Part shown: piece after piece, positions 1 to 10,400 of the stretch
Layout: each line of letters opens with the position of its first letter
Numbering within the stretch: position 1 is the first letter of the stretch
Translations under genes and position numbers: made by a program
Notes under the pieces: generated by a model
Database searches by the model: none
What the model saw: the letters and a program-made list of their open reading frames with translations, nothing else
Told to the model about the DNA's origin: nothing
Source of the DNA: an uncultured Hyphomicrobiales bacterium
GTDB lineage: Bacteria; Bacteroidota; Ignavibacteria; Kapaibacteriales; UBA2268
Length of the DNA stretch: 64,000 bases
Assembly (NCBI GenBank): GCA_964454975.1
Contig: CAYVVD010000001.1
Coordinates: 195,658-259,657, forward strand
Direction of reading: 5' to 3'

Positions 1-1004
1 GTAGGGTGATGTGCATAATCATCAACTACCATAGAGCCATTATATTTACCACAAATATCAAACCGTCTAAATATTCCTTTGAATTTCTCTAATGCAGCAG
101 TTATCGTTCCGATGTTTATGCCCATCTGTCTTGCAACGCTTATAGCGGCTAATGCATTCAGAACATTATGTTCTCCCGGAAGGTTTAATGAAATCCTTCC
201 CTTGATTTCACCAAACTCAACCAAGTCGAAGTCAGTTTTACCATTTAACAGCTCAATTTTTTCAGCTCTGTAATCAGCTATCCTGGAAAAACCAAAAGTA
301 ACTACTTTTTTATTAAGGGCTTTTAAAATTTCCCTTGCCCCGGGATTGTCAATTCCAATAGATACCAGTCCGTAGAAAGGTGTCTTGTTTGCAAATTCTG
401 TAAATGAAGATTTTATATCATCGAAATCATTGTAAATATCGAGATGTTCCGGTTCGATGTTATTTATTACTGCTATAGTTGGGGATAGCTGTAAGAAGGA
501 TCGGTCATATTCATCAGCTTCGAGTACAGTCCATTCTCCGTGTCCAAGCCGTGCATTTGAACCACCGAAGTCACTGAGCCTTCCTCCGACAATCACAGTA
601 GGATCCAGTCCTGCCTCAATTGAAATCAATCCCGTTAGCGAAGTAGTAGTGGTTTTACCATGAGTTCCGGAAATAGCTATCGAATAATTAAGCCTTGATA
701 CTTCAGCAAGCATTTCGGCACGTCTAATGACCGGAATGCCAAGTTTTTGTGCTTCTTTTGTTTCCGGGTTTTCTGAAAGCTTTACGGCGCTGGAATAAAC
801 TACACATTCCTTGTCATGTACGTTTTTAGAGTGGTGGCCAATAAATACTTCAGCGCCTTTTTCCCGGATGGATTGTGTGTTGTCTGACTCTTTAATGTCA
901 GAACCTGAAACATCAAATCCCTGGTTCAATAGGATCTCCGCAATTCCGGACATCCCGATTCCACCAATGCCTACAAAATGAACTTTCTTTATTGCCGAAA
1001 ACAT
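1..1004 (-). CDS. murC: UDP-N-acetylmuramate--L-alanine ligase MurC, N-terminal part (C-terminus runs off the window start)
   Basis: The reverse-strand translation from the ATG (complement of 1002-1004) reads MFSAIKKVHFVGIGGIGMSGIAEILLNQGFDVSGSD, the classic MurC N-terminal nucleotide-binding motif. The reading frame continues to position 1 without a stop. Confidence 0.8.
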   Translation of the reverse strand, partial: MFSAIKKVHFVGIGGIGMSGIAEILLNQGFDVSGSDIKESDNTQSIREKGAEVFIGHHSKNVHDKECVVYSSAVKLSENPETKEAQKLGIPVIRRAEMLAEVSRLNYSIAISGTHGKTTTTSLTGLISIEAGLDPTVIVGGRLSDFGGSNARLGHGEWTVLEADEYDRSFLQLSPTIAVINNIEPEHLDIYNDFDDIKSSFTEFANKTPFYGLVSIGIDNPGAREILKALNKKVVTFGFSRIADYRAEKIELLNGKTDFDLVEFGEIKGRISLNLPGEHNVLNALAAISVARQMGINIGTITAALEKFKGIFRRFDICGKYNGSMVVDDYAHHP

Positions 1005-1210
1005 AAGAGCCGTAGTAAATATGCTGAAACAACAAATTTATAAAATAAACATTACTAAGCACATGCCGGTAATCTCCTTTACCGAAATATATCCCTCATT
1101 ATTGTTTGTTTACAATAAAATTTCGGTTAATCATTCTATTGCATTAAATTGAATGTAATAACATTTAATGTAAATGAGATTAATTTGTTTTATCAATCAA
1201 AAGGAGACTT

Positions 1211-1816
1211 ATGAAAAACAGGGTAACAATAACGACGGCAATTGTTGCTCTTATCTTTGCGGGATTCGCAGTGGCTAATGCGGATGTCTACAAATTAAAC
1301 AACGAGGCAAGCAAAATTGACTGGACCGGAAGCAAGGTTTTCGGCTCGCACGATGGAAGTATTGAACTAAATGACGGAATGCTGGTGTTCGAAGGGGATA
1401 AGATTACCGGCGGTGAATTCGTTGTGGACATGACTTCTATTACTAACAGGGATATCGAAAGCCCAAAAACTAACGCAAAACTGGTAGGTCATTTGAAATC
1501 AGAAGATTTTTTTGGTGTTAAAAAGCACCCGACCGCTAAGTTCATAATTAAAAAGGTAAATAAAAAGAAGGATAATCTATATTCAATAACGGGGGATATG
1601 ATTATCAAGGGTAATAGCAACGAAGTCACTTTTGATGCTAAAATCTGGAAGAGTGGCGAAAAAATACATGCTATGGCAAATTTTGACATAGACAGGACAA
1701 AGTGGAATATTCGTTACCGATCAACAAACTTTTTCGACAGCCTTGGTGATGTAGCAATCAGTGATGATTTTAACCTAAGGCTCGATTTGTTTCTTTACCG
1801 GAAAAATGTAGAATAA
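1211..1816 (+). CDS. YceI-family periplasmic polyisoprenoid-binding protein (signal peptide)
   Basis: 201 aa with an N-terminal signal peptide and an AGGAG Shine-Dalgarno site 7 nt upstream. The YceI-like pattern is present (KIDWTGSKVFGSHDGS...VDMTSITNRD...GHLKSEDFFGVKKHPTAKF). Confidence 0.8.
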   Translation: MKNRVTITTAIVALIFAGFAVANADVYKLNNEASKIDWTGSKVFGSHDGSIELNDGMLVFEGDKITGGEFVVDMTSITNRDIESPKTNAKLVGHLKSEDFFGVKKHPTAKFIIKKVNKKKDNLYSITGDMIIKGNSNEVTFDAKIWKSGEKIHAMANFDIDRTKWNIRYRSTNFFDSLGDVAISDDFNLRLDLFLYRKNVE

Positions 1817-1826
1817 TTGGCTTTAA

Positions 1827-1878
1827 ATAACTCTGGCAGGGTTTATGCAATTCCATACCGATGGAATAACCCTGTCAG
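1827..1878. terminator. Bipartite hairpin between convergent genes (yceI-like and the 118-aa ORF); candidate bidirectional rho-independent terminator
   Basis: CTGGCAGGGTT...ATTCCAT accg ATGGAAT...AACCCTGTCAG has a perfect inner 7-bp stem and an outer ~10-bp stem with one G·U pair. A T-rich tract (ttttatttatatttcgttt) follows. Confidence 0.5.
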
Positions 1879-1886
1879 AATTTTAT

Positions 1887-2243
1887 TTATATTTCGTTTA
1901 CAAACAGGTATGCAACCTGTGCATAGTTCAAATTTGAGTGTACTTCCAAACCTTCCTTTCGAAATAATTCCGCATCAATAAAATTCAATTCAATTTGGGC
2001 TTCACTAAAGCTTTCAATTGGGGAATTTTCAGTCCTGTCCAGAGGATTACTATTGTCCAGCTGAATATTATTCTCCAGGGTTTTTAGTGCATCCAAAAGG
2101 ATATCTTTTTGCCAGCTAACGGGTGCATTACTCTTATTATCAATATTCTCCTCATTTTTCAGAGGCTTGGATTCTGACTGAATAGCATTGAATAAATCGA
2201 AATCATATTTTCCAGAGCTTTCTTTTATGTTTGTTATATTCAT
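1887..2243 (-). CDS. Hypothetical protein (118 aa, N/E/S-rich, no recognised domain)
   Basis: An ATG-initiated ORF sits between a convergent terminator and a divergent AT-rich promoter region. It shows no family resemblance, so the coding status is uncertain. Confidence 0.3.
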   Translation of the reverse strand: MNITNIKESSGKYDFDLFNAIQSESKPLKNEENIDNKSNAPVSWQKDILLDALKTLENNIQLDNSNPLDRTENSPIESFSEAQIELNFIDAELFRKEGLEVHSNLNYAQVAYLFVNEI

Positions 2244-2381
2244 CTCTAATCCTGATTTAATACTTTTTAGCTAAAAATATTGCAAAGTACATACCACAAA
2301 TTCATTTCGCTGTTTTATTATTTCAAAAGATTTGTTATACTTGTTATTAGACGGGAAAAATAAAAAAACTAAGGTGGGCCT

Positions 2382-2891
2382 ATGACGAAGTATTTAATCC
2401 TTTTACTTACTGCAATTCTCTTTTCGTGTTCTAGTAATGAGCCTGTCTATTTAAGCCAATCGGAACTTGAAAAAGAGAAAGAAAAAATCAAGGAAGTCGT
2501 GCAAGCCTATAACCAGGCTTCGGAAAATAAGAATTTCGCTGAGCTGGTAAAAACTCTCCATGATGAAGTTATTTTCTTCGGTACAGATTCAGTCGAGGTA
2601 ATCAGGACATTTGCCGACTTCAAAACTGCAATGGAAGAGCAATGGGAGAAATTTGAAAAAATTGATTATGGTAACATTACTGACGTTACTATTATGATGG
2701 ATGATTTGGGAACTATGGCGTCAATTTACTTTGGCGTGCCTTGCGATATTACATTGAATGGAATAACAAAACACTATTACCTTCGTGGACACAGAACTCT
2801 AAAGAAAAACATAAAGAACAACTGGGTTATTACAAGCGGACTATTGTCGATTGTTAGTGAGAAAGTTGTAGAGAGAGACACTACAGAATAA
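2382..2891 (+). CDS. Lipoprotein with a SnoaL/NTF2-like (DUF4440-type) fold
   Basis: Lipobox LLTAILFSC|SS. An AAGGTGG Shine-Dalgarno site precedes the ATG. The C-terminal ~120 aa show an alpha+beta cone-like pattern (VIFFGTDSVEV...MASIYFGVPCDITLNG...NNWVITSG). Confidence 0.45.
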   Translation: MTKYLILLLTAILFSCSSNEPVYLSQSELEKEKEKIKEVVQAYNQASENKNFAELVKTLHDEVIFFGTDSVEVIRTFADFKTAMEEQWEKFEKIDYGNITDVTIMMDDLGTMASIYFGVPCDITLNGITKHYYLRGHRTLKKNIKNNWVITSGLLSIVSEKVVERDTTE

Positions 2892-2914
2892 TTTTTAGAA
2901 CTTTTGTTAATTTA

Positions 2915-2942
2915 AAGGCGGAGTAATCCGCCTTTTTTTTAA
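2915..2942 (+). terminator. Rho-independent terminator
   Basis: AGGCGGA gtaa TCCGCCT followed by TTTTTTTT, starting 24 nt after the stop of the 2382..2891 gene. Confidence 0.75.
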
Positions 2943-2959
2943 CTATTGCAGGAAACAGC

Positions 2960-5011
2960 ATGAAATTAGTACTTATTACCCTAATTGGATTAATATTTAT
3001 CTCTTGTGGCGATATGAATAATGAAAATGAAAAGGTGAATGTTGAAAAAAAAGAATTTAGCATTGATGCAAATAAAACTATCGAAATTTTGAGAACGGAA
3101 TTTGGCGATAGTTTTAATGAAAGACATATTCGCGGGATTGAGCAGGCTGCAGACCTATGGAGAGAGTCTGACGGAAGCCAGGATGATTTTAATGATTTCG
3201 TAACACTCAATCTGATTAAAACAGATGCGGAAAGGTTGCTGACGTTCAATAAAATTTCTGAATACCTGGAATCAATTTTTGGCAACCTGAACAGAATCAC
3301 ACTTGACCTGAAGGAAACACTTCATTTGGATAAAGGCGAGATTACATCAGTTGACAATCTGTTCGGTGCTTATGACATATCCGCAAACCTTGGCGAAGAC
3401 TTCTATAAAAATAAAATAGCATTCTTTATTGTTATAAATTACCCCTTTTACAATCTTGACGAAAAATCTAAACTTGGACCTGAATGGAGTCCGGAGGAAT
3501 GGGCTTTTGCAAGGCTGGGTGATGTGTTCTCTTCTCGAATTCCACCTGAAAAATTGCAGATGCTTTCAACTTCGATGACAAATGCTGATAATTATATATC
3601 CGAGTATAATATCATAATGGGGAAACTAAGGGATGCAGGAGGTAATACATATTTTCCTGAAGACCTGAAACTTATTACCCATTGGGGATTGCGCGACGAG
3701 CTGAAATCTCACTATGGCAGTGAGGAAGGGCAACAAAGGCAGGAAATGATATACAATGTAATGCTCAGGATTATTACCCAGGAAATCCCTGAGGATATCA
3801 TAAATAGCGATGAATTTTCCTGGGATCCGGAAGAAAATAAAATTTATAAAGACGATAAGCCTGTAAGCGAATTCACTAAAGAGCCGGATATGCGCTACCA
3901 GCAAATATTAAATAACTTTGCTGCGCTCAAGGAAATAGACAAATTCAGCCCGGATTACCCAACATACATAGAGCGAAAGTTCGACAAAGAAATGGAAATC
4001 CCTCAGGACAAGGTTGAGGCCCTTTTTGTTGAATATATTTCTTCACCCTTAGTGAAGCAGGTTGCAGGTATTATAAAGAACCGCCTCGGCAGGGATTTAC
4101 GTCCTTACGATATCTGGTATGATGGATTTAAAGCACGCAGTTCGATATCAGAAGAAAAACTAAACAGTATAACAAGGTATAAATACCCCAATCCTGACGC
4201 ATTCAAAAAGGAATTGCCTGTAATATTGACTAAACTGGGCTGGCCACAGGCAAGGGCTGAGTTTATTTCATCGAAAGTGACTGTAGATCCCTCACGTGGC
4301 GCAGGCCATGCATGGGGTTCTGAGATGAAGGAATCAAATTCTCACCTCCGTTCACGTATAGCAGAAAACGGTATGGATTACAAAGGTTATAATATTGCCG
4401 TCCATGAATTCGGCCACAATGTAGAGCAGACAATCACTCTCCATGATGTGCCTTATTATATGCTCAAAGGTGTTCCCAATACTGCATTCACAGAGGCTAT
4501 TGCTTTTGTATTTCAAAGGCGTGACCTTGAACTCATGGGTATGAGCGAACCTGATCCGAAAGTGGAGATCCTAAACGTGCTTGATAACTTTTGGTCAACC
4601 TACGAGATAATGGGTGTCTCAGTAGTTGATATGCGAGTTTGGAAGTGGCTGTATGCGAATCCCGACGCGGATAAAACACAGTTAAAAGAGGCTGTAATCG
4701 AAATTGCCAAAGAAGTATGGAACGATTACTATGCGCCGGTATTTGGCGAAAAAGACTCGCCAATACTTGCTATTTACTCGCACATGATAGATTACCCGCT
4801 TTATCTTTCAGCATACCCGATTGGTCATTTGATTGAATTCCAGATAGAAAACCAGATTAAGGGGAAGAACATGGCCATGGAACTTGAAAGGATGTTAAAG
4901 CAGGGAAGGCTTACACCGAATATTTGGCTTGAAAATGCTGTTGGAAGAGAATTATCAATACAACCAACGCTTGAAAAAACTGCCTGGGCTGTGGAGAATT
5001 ATAAGGATTAA
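2960..5011 (+). CDS. Peptidase M2 (angiotensin-converting-enzyme-like, peptidyl-dipeptidase) family lipoprotein, paralog 1
   Basis: Lipobox LIFISC|GD. Gluzincin motif VHEFGHNVEQ...DVPYYML...NTAFTEAIAFV matches the ACE pattern HEMGH-x-Y...DLPxAL...HEAIGD. A downstream HMIDYPLYLSAYPIGHLIEFQ segment resembles ACE HIPSSVPYIRYF. Confidence 0.6.
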   Translation: MKLVLITLIGLIFISCGDMNNENEKVNVEKKEFSIDANKTIEILRTEFGDSFNERHIRGIEQAADLWRESDGSQDDFNDFVTLNLIKTDAERLLTFNKISEYLESIFGNLNRITLDLKETLHLDKGEITSVDNLFGAYDISANLGEDFYKNKIAFFIVINYPFYNLDEKSKLGPEWSPEEWAFARLGDVFSSRIPPEKLQMLSTSMTNADNYISEYNIIMGKLRDAGGNTYFPEDLKLITHWGLRDELKSHYGSEEGQQRQEMIYNVMLRIITQEIPEDIINSDEFSWDPEENKIYKDDKPVSEFTKEPDMRYQQILNNFAALKEIDKFSPDYPTYIERKFDKEMEIPQDKVEALFVEYISSPLVKQVAGIIKNRLGRDLRPYDIWYDGFKARSSISEEKLNSITRYKYPNPDAFKKELPVILTKLGWPQARAEFISSKVTVDPSRGAGHAWGSEMKESNSHLRSRIAENGMDYKGYNIAVHEFGHNVEQTITLHDVPYYMLKGVPNTAFTEAIAFVFQRRDLELMGMSEPDPKVEILNVLDNFWSTYEIMGVSVVDMRVWKWLYANPDADKTQLKEAVIEIAKEVWNDYYAPVFGEKDSPILAIYSHMIDYPLYLSAYPIGHLIEFQIENQIKGKNMAMELERMLKQGRLTPNIWLENAVGRELSIQPTLEKTAWAVENYKD

Positions 5012-5118
5012 TAATCAATTTCATGAAAATTAGAGAGCCGTGTTGCCAAAGGCTGGGCGGTTCTTTTTTATTATACTTTCACACTCAAGATTCCGGCAAT
5101 TTCCCGGTATTAAAAACA

Positions 5119-6288
5119 ATGTTAAAATACATTTTCATATTAATTATTGCCTTGATAGCTGCATTATACTTTGCTGGCACAAGGAATAATGAAAAACCAG
5201 TTTATAATACTAATGGCTTAAGCAGCCTGCTTGCTTCAGATGATTCACTTTTCTCAAAAGCAATCGAGGTTATCGAATTTAATTTCCCGAAAGACCACGG
5301 CGCTCATAACGACTTTAAAAATGAATGGTGGTATTTTACCGGTAACTTATCTGATGGAAAAAAGGATTTTGGGTGCCAATTCACTATTTTTCGTTCAGCA
5401 ATTGATTCAGGGAAAGCTGATTCAGAATCGGACTGGGCAACTAAACAGACCTATATGGCACACTTCGCCATAACAGATATTAGCGGTAATAGGTTCTTCT
5501 ATAGCGAAAAATTTGCAAGGGGGGATGGCAGGCTTGCAGGAGCGAATTCCGAACCACTAAGAATTTGGTTGAATAACTGGCAGGTAGAAGGGGATTATTC
5601 CCCCGGGTATAGCATCCCTGTATTTAAAATCGATGCTGCTGATTCGGGTTACAGTATAAAATTAAATTTAACTCCTGTCAAGGATCCTGTGTTTCAGGGA
5701 GAAAAAGGACTTAGCCAAAAAGGCCCTGAACAGGGAAATGCTTCATATTACTATTCATATACCCGGCTGAAAACCGAAGGGAAAATTTTTCTCAACGGAG
5801 AAGAATACAATGTAGTTGGTTTTTCATGGATGGACAGGGAATGGAGTACGAGTGCGCTCAGCCCGAAGCAGGAGGGATGGGACTGGTTTTCGCTTCAATT
5901 TAATAATAATACTGAATTGATGTACTACAGGCTTAGAAACAAGGATAGAAGCCCGGATACATTCAGCCATGCTGTATTAATTGATTCTAATGGCAATAAG
6001 ACTAAATTCAATTTTGATGAAATAAAGCTCGATATCATAAAATACTGGACAAGCAACACAGGTGTCAGATACCCGGCAGCTTGGAAAATATCAATTTCAA
6101 AGATTGATTTAATACTGGATGTTTCACCGATGATGCAAAACCAGGAGTTGGATTTATATGTCAGGTATTGGGAGGGAGCAGTCAATGTTGAAGGTATTCA
6201 GTCCGGAAAACGGATAAATGGAAAGGGTTATGTGGAACTCACAGGCTACGGCATCGGAAATAATCAGGGTATCATAACGTCAAATTAA
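5119..6288 (+). CDS. AttH/CrtC-like lipocalin-domain protein (secreted, N-terminal membrane anchor or signal)
   Basis: Family signature HGAHNDFKNEWWYFTGNL...FGCQFTIFR (HGAHPDYRxEWWYxTG in AttH/CrtC). The start is taken at the internal ATG 5119 (MLKYIFILIIALIAALYF, hydrophobic) rather than the longest-ORF start at 5023. Confidence 0.65.
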   Translation: MLKYIFILIIALIAALYFAGTRNNEKPVYNTNGLSSLLASDDSLFSKAIEVIEFNFPKDHGAHNDFKNEWWYFTGNLSDGKKDFGCQFTIFRSAIDSGKADSESDWATKQTYMAHFAITDISGNRFFYSEKFARGDGRLAGANSEPLRIWLNNWQVEGDYSPGYSIPVFKIDAADSGYSIKLNLTPVKDPVFQGEKGLSQKGPEQGNASYYYSYTRLKTEGKIFLNGEEYNVVGFSWMDREWSTSALSPKQEGWDWFSLQFNNNTELMYYRLRNKDRSPDTFSHAVLIDSNGNKTKFNFDEIKLDIIKYWTSNTGVRYPAAWKISISKIDLILDVSPMMQNQELDLYVRYWEGAVNVEGIQSGKRINGKGYVELTGYGIGNNQGIITSN

Positions 6289-6314
6289 ATGTATATACAC
6301 ACAAATGGTGAATT

Positions 6315-6596
6315 ATGAAAGCGACATGGAAAGGAAAAACAATTGCTGAAAGCAATGAAACTATAGTTGTTGAAGGAAACCATTACTTCCCGCCATATTC
6401 GATACGAAAAGAATTCTTTAAAAAAAGCGGACAAAACACAGTTTGCCCCTGGAAAGGAACTGCAAATTATTACCACGTAGAAGTATCAGGTGAGTTAAAT
6501 GAAAATGCAGCCTGGTATTACCCTCAACCAAAAGAAGCTGCCGCAAACATCAGGGATTACGTGGCTTTCTGGAATGGTGTAGAAGTAACAGAATAA
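6315..6596 (+). CDS. DUF427-domain protein
   Basis: 93 aa with KGKTIAESNETIVVEGNHYFP...TVCPWKGTANYYHV...AAWYYPQP, the characteristic DUF427 pattern. It starts 26 nt after the AttH-like gene. Confidence 0.7.
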   Translation: MKATWKGKTIAESNETIVVEGNHYFPPYSIRKEFFKKSGQNTVCPWKGTANYYHVEVSGELNENAAWYYPQPKEAAANIRDYVAFWNGVEVTE

Positions 6597-6639
6597 GCTA
6601 AACTTTGTTATATTAGGTATAGATAATTGAGAGGCTTAA

Positions 6640-7431
6640 ATGTCCGCAGTGTTATTTATATCTCATGGAACATCTTTAAAAGATGCCGGTTTTCTCTATC
6701 CTTTCCAGGAAAGTGTCAGAGAAGTATTAAATTCTGTTATTGACCTAAGGCTTGTTGAATATGCTGACCTTGCCAATAAAAATTCTATATTTAAATCACT
6801 TGTATCACTTGAAAACAAAGGCGCAAGCAGGGTTTTAATTATTCCTGTATTTATTCATCCATCTATTCATGTGAATTTTGACATTCCAATACTTTCTGGA
6901 ATTCGAATTGACAATGAACGTATGCCAAGGTTGATTTCAGATGGTTATCCCATTTATAAGGGAAGATTAAGGTCGATACTTGCACCATCAATCCTTGAAT
7001 CAGGAATATTGTTGAATGAATTATCAGATGTTATAGAAATTAATAAATGCAATTCCTTGCATATCTTATGCCACGGCTCTAAGCTATTTGAATACCAGAT
7101 AAATAACCAGCTTGGAAAAATCAGAGACAGACTGGAACAAAAAGGAGTTAAACTTGTAGTCCATTTTGAAGGTATTGGCAGAAAAATCAGTGAAAACTTC
7201 TACGCTGAACTTGGTAAGTCATTGAAACAAAAAGGGGATGTTTGTGTATATGGCGCTTATGTTTATGGCGGCGCAGATGAATTGATAAAATCCGGGAATA
7301 ATGTTGATTCATTTATTAAGAAATTTGGCTGGGATGTTTTTTCAAGAATACACGCTAATGAACAAGGACCTGGTCTTAGTAACTACTATATGGACTGGAT
7401 TCAACAGCTTGTTGGAGACTACGTTCAATAA
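6640..7431 (+). CDS. CbiX/SirB-like (class II chelatase fold) protein, two-halves architecture
   Basis: There are two repeated halves, each with an xxHGS motif (VLFISHGTS...VLIIPVFIHPSIHV and LHILCHGSK...VKLVVHFEG). A GAGG Shine-Dalgarno site precedes the ATG. The chelatase call is by motif only. Confidence 0.4.
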   Translation: MSAVLFISHGTSLKDAGFLYPFQESVREVLNSVIDLRLVEYADLANKNSIFKSLVSLENKGASRVLIIPVFIHPSIHVNFDIPILSGIRIDNERMPRLISDGYPIYKGRLRSILAPSILESGILLNELSDVIEINKCNSLHILCHGSKLFEYQINNQLGKIRDRLEQKGVKLVVHFEGIGRKISENFYAELGKSLKQKGDVCVYGAYVYGGADELIKSGNNVDSFIKKFGWDVFSRIHANEQGPGLSNYYMDWIQQLVGDYVQ

Positions 7432-7481
7432 CCGGAGTAGAATGCTTAACTTATTCATTTCAAACTGATTATGTTGATTTT

Positions 7482-10400
7482 TTGAAACATGTATTGCAAT
7501 ATATTGCTTTTATTGCCTTTTCCTTTGTCTGCTTCGCTAATGATGCTGAATTTTTCGATTTTGATGTTTCAGAATATCCAAATATCACTGCCAAATTTCA
7601 CTATTTTGATGATTCAGGTAAACCAACCAATAATCTGGAATTAGATGATATCCGCCTTTTTGAAAACTTGATTCAGAGAGACCTGACAACTCTGGAATGC
7701 AATGTTAATACTGAATATCATCCAGTCTCAGTTATTATTGCATTTGATGCTTCAAAAAACGCTTTCAAAAGTATAAATGAATATAAAAAATTATTAGAGA
7801 GCTTTTTCCTGATGGATTTTGCTTTTAAAAATGAATATGCATTGCTATCAGTGAATAAGAATATAAGTATCCTTCAAGATTTTACATTAAACAGGCAGGA
7901 ATCAAACGAATCAATTGAAAAAATTCAATTTAATGATTTTATAAACCTTGATTCTCTCTTTTCAGGTTATTATAACGGTATTGAAAATATTACAAGTTCA
8001 GCAAAATATCCCGTGCATCTTGTAATGATGAGCTCTAATTACAATAAATTTGACACCAATGAAGCACAAAACCATTTTAATAATTCAAATATTACTCCTC
8101 ACTTGATTTCAATATCAGGAAAGGTTGATAACCAATTAAGCAGATTGATTGCCCGGAATGGGGGTGAAATAATTTCATTAGTTGAAAAATTTGATTCAAA
8201 GTCCGCCTCAATTATTCTTGCCAGGAAAATACAGGGAATTCTGCCTTGTAATTTTACCTGGGTCTCAGGCGGATGTGACACAATCTTGAACATGGAAGTA
8301 TCTATTCCGGGTGAAACCGAAAAAAAGGAAGCAAGGATAATTGTTTCTAAGGATAAATTGCCTTACATAGAATTTGACCCTCCTGTTCTGGAATTTGGTA
8401 TTGTTCCCAAAGATGAAACCCGGTTTAAGGAAATCAAACTAACAGCAAGAAACGGGGATATTATGATTAGTAATCATCAAAGTAGTGATACCCGCTTCCT
8501 TGTCGAGAGTTATGGTGGCCCGCCACCGGATTTTATAATCAGAGAAGATTCTTCAAGAATATTCACAATAAAGTACTCTGCTTCGGACACGTTATATTAT
8601 TTCGGCCGAATTGATCTGGTAACTGATGCCTGTATTGGTAAATCTATATTAATGACAGCAGGTTCTTACAATGTTTCAGCCGGTAAACCACTACTAAGCG
8701 TTAATAACCCGGGACCGGGAGATTGTTTTGCAGCGGGTGCGGATACCATAATCACCTGGGGAGGAATTTCCCATATAGACAGCGTAAATATTCTTTATAG
8801 CAGCGACGGAGGCAACGATTGGTCTGTCATAGCCGAAAATGTCACCGGTAACAGGTTCAACTGGAGAATACCGCTTGTAAACTCGGATAATAATTTAATC
8901 AAGGTTCAACAGGTAGCAAAGGAATGGGGAAGAGATAAAATTCTTTTCCTGGCACAGCATGGAGGTCCTGTTACGGGTATTAGCTGGAGTCCCTTGGGTA
9001 CTGCCATTGCTACTGTTTCGGAGGATGACTCTCTTAAGGTATGGGAATCCTCAACAGGCGCTCTCCTACAGGGCATTAAAGATAATAATCTCAGGCTGAA
9101 TAAAATTGATTGGAGTCCCGACATGGGTGAGTATAAACTTACCGTAGTTGATAAAAACTACCTGGTTGTATGGATAAACGACCGCAAGGATTCGCTAACC
9201 GGGAGGCATGGGCAATTCGTATCAGCTGAATGGAGCCCCGGCGGTGGAGAAGAACTATATGCTGCAGGTGGAACAGAGGATGGTTATTTGTATGTGTGGG
9301 AATATTTTGGAAGCCAGCAGGCTCCTGATGAGATTGCAATATTTGAATCAGGAGTCGCTATTCGTTGCCTGGATTGGTCACGTTTTAGTGACCATGTGAT
9401 TTTGGGTGACAATCTCGGCAGAATTAGGAAATACAATCCTTCTACGGATGAAATAACAGAACTTGCTGAAATCAGCGGGGCTGTGAACTCTCTTGATTAC
9501 AATAAAGACAATAGCTTACTCGCAACAGGCGGAAACAATAATGAATTAAAAATCTGGAATACATCTTCAAACCAGGTGATTAAGACTTTGATTGTAGAGG
9601 AAACCCCTGTTGGCGAAGTTGAATGGGATCCCTCAGGACGCTTTATTGCTGCCGCGGCCGGAGATGATGTCTATCTTTGGAATGTAAACGATTGGTCAGA
9701 ATATTATGTTTATCGTGTTCACAATTCAACTATTGGAAGTATAAGCTGGAAGCGCGACGGCAACCTGATTGCTACCGGAGATTTTAATGGCGAAGCTCAC
9801 ATCTGGGATCCGGACGATATTCCTTTTGAAAAATCCATTGTCCAGCAGGATGACTCGGAGCTGTTCTGTACAATGATTCCTGATGTTGCAGTGAAATCAG
9901 TAGTTTTTACTCCAACTTTACTAGGTAAGCAGAAGGATTCATTAATTATTGATTTCTTTATTAACAATAGCGATTTCAAGTTCCGTATTGATTCAATTAT
10001 TTTGCCAAATCCATCAGAATTCAAAATTCCTGATCTGGAATATCCAATTGAAATTGAACCACAAGGTTCATTGGATTTAAACTTTTCATTCAGGCCAACT
10101 CTTCCGTCTATATTTGAAACTGATATTACCATTGTTACTCAAATTGGAGATTTAATATCTAAAAACCGTGGCAGGGGATTTCTCCCGGGGTTGGAGTTGT
10201 CGGAAAGGAATATTGATTTCGGAGATGCTTTGATTTGGGATGAAAGCATAGAACATATTCTAACTATAAAAAATATTACTGATGATGCATTTGTGATCAG
10301 GAACCTAAATATTAGCGGCGTTGATAATTCCCAATTCATGCTTGAGACAGAAATAAATGATTCACTAATAAATCCTCAACAGGAATTCGGAATTAAGCTG

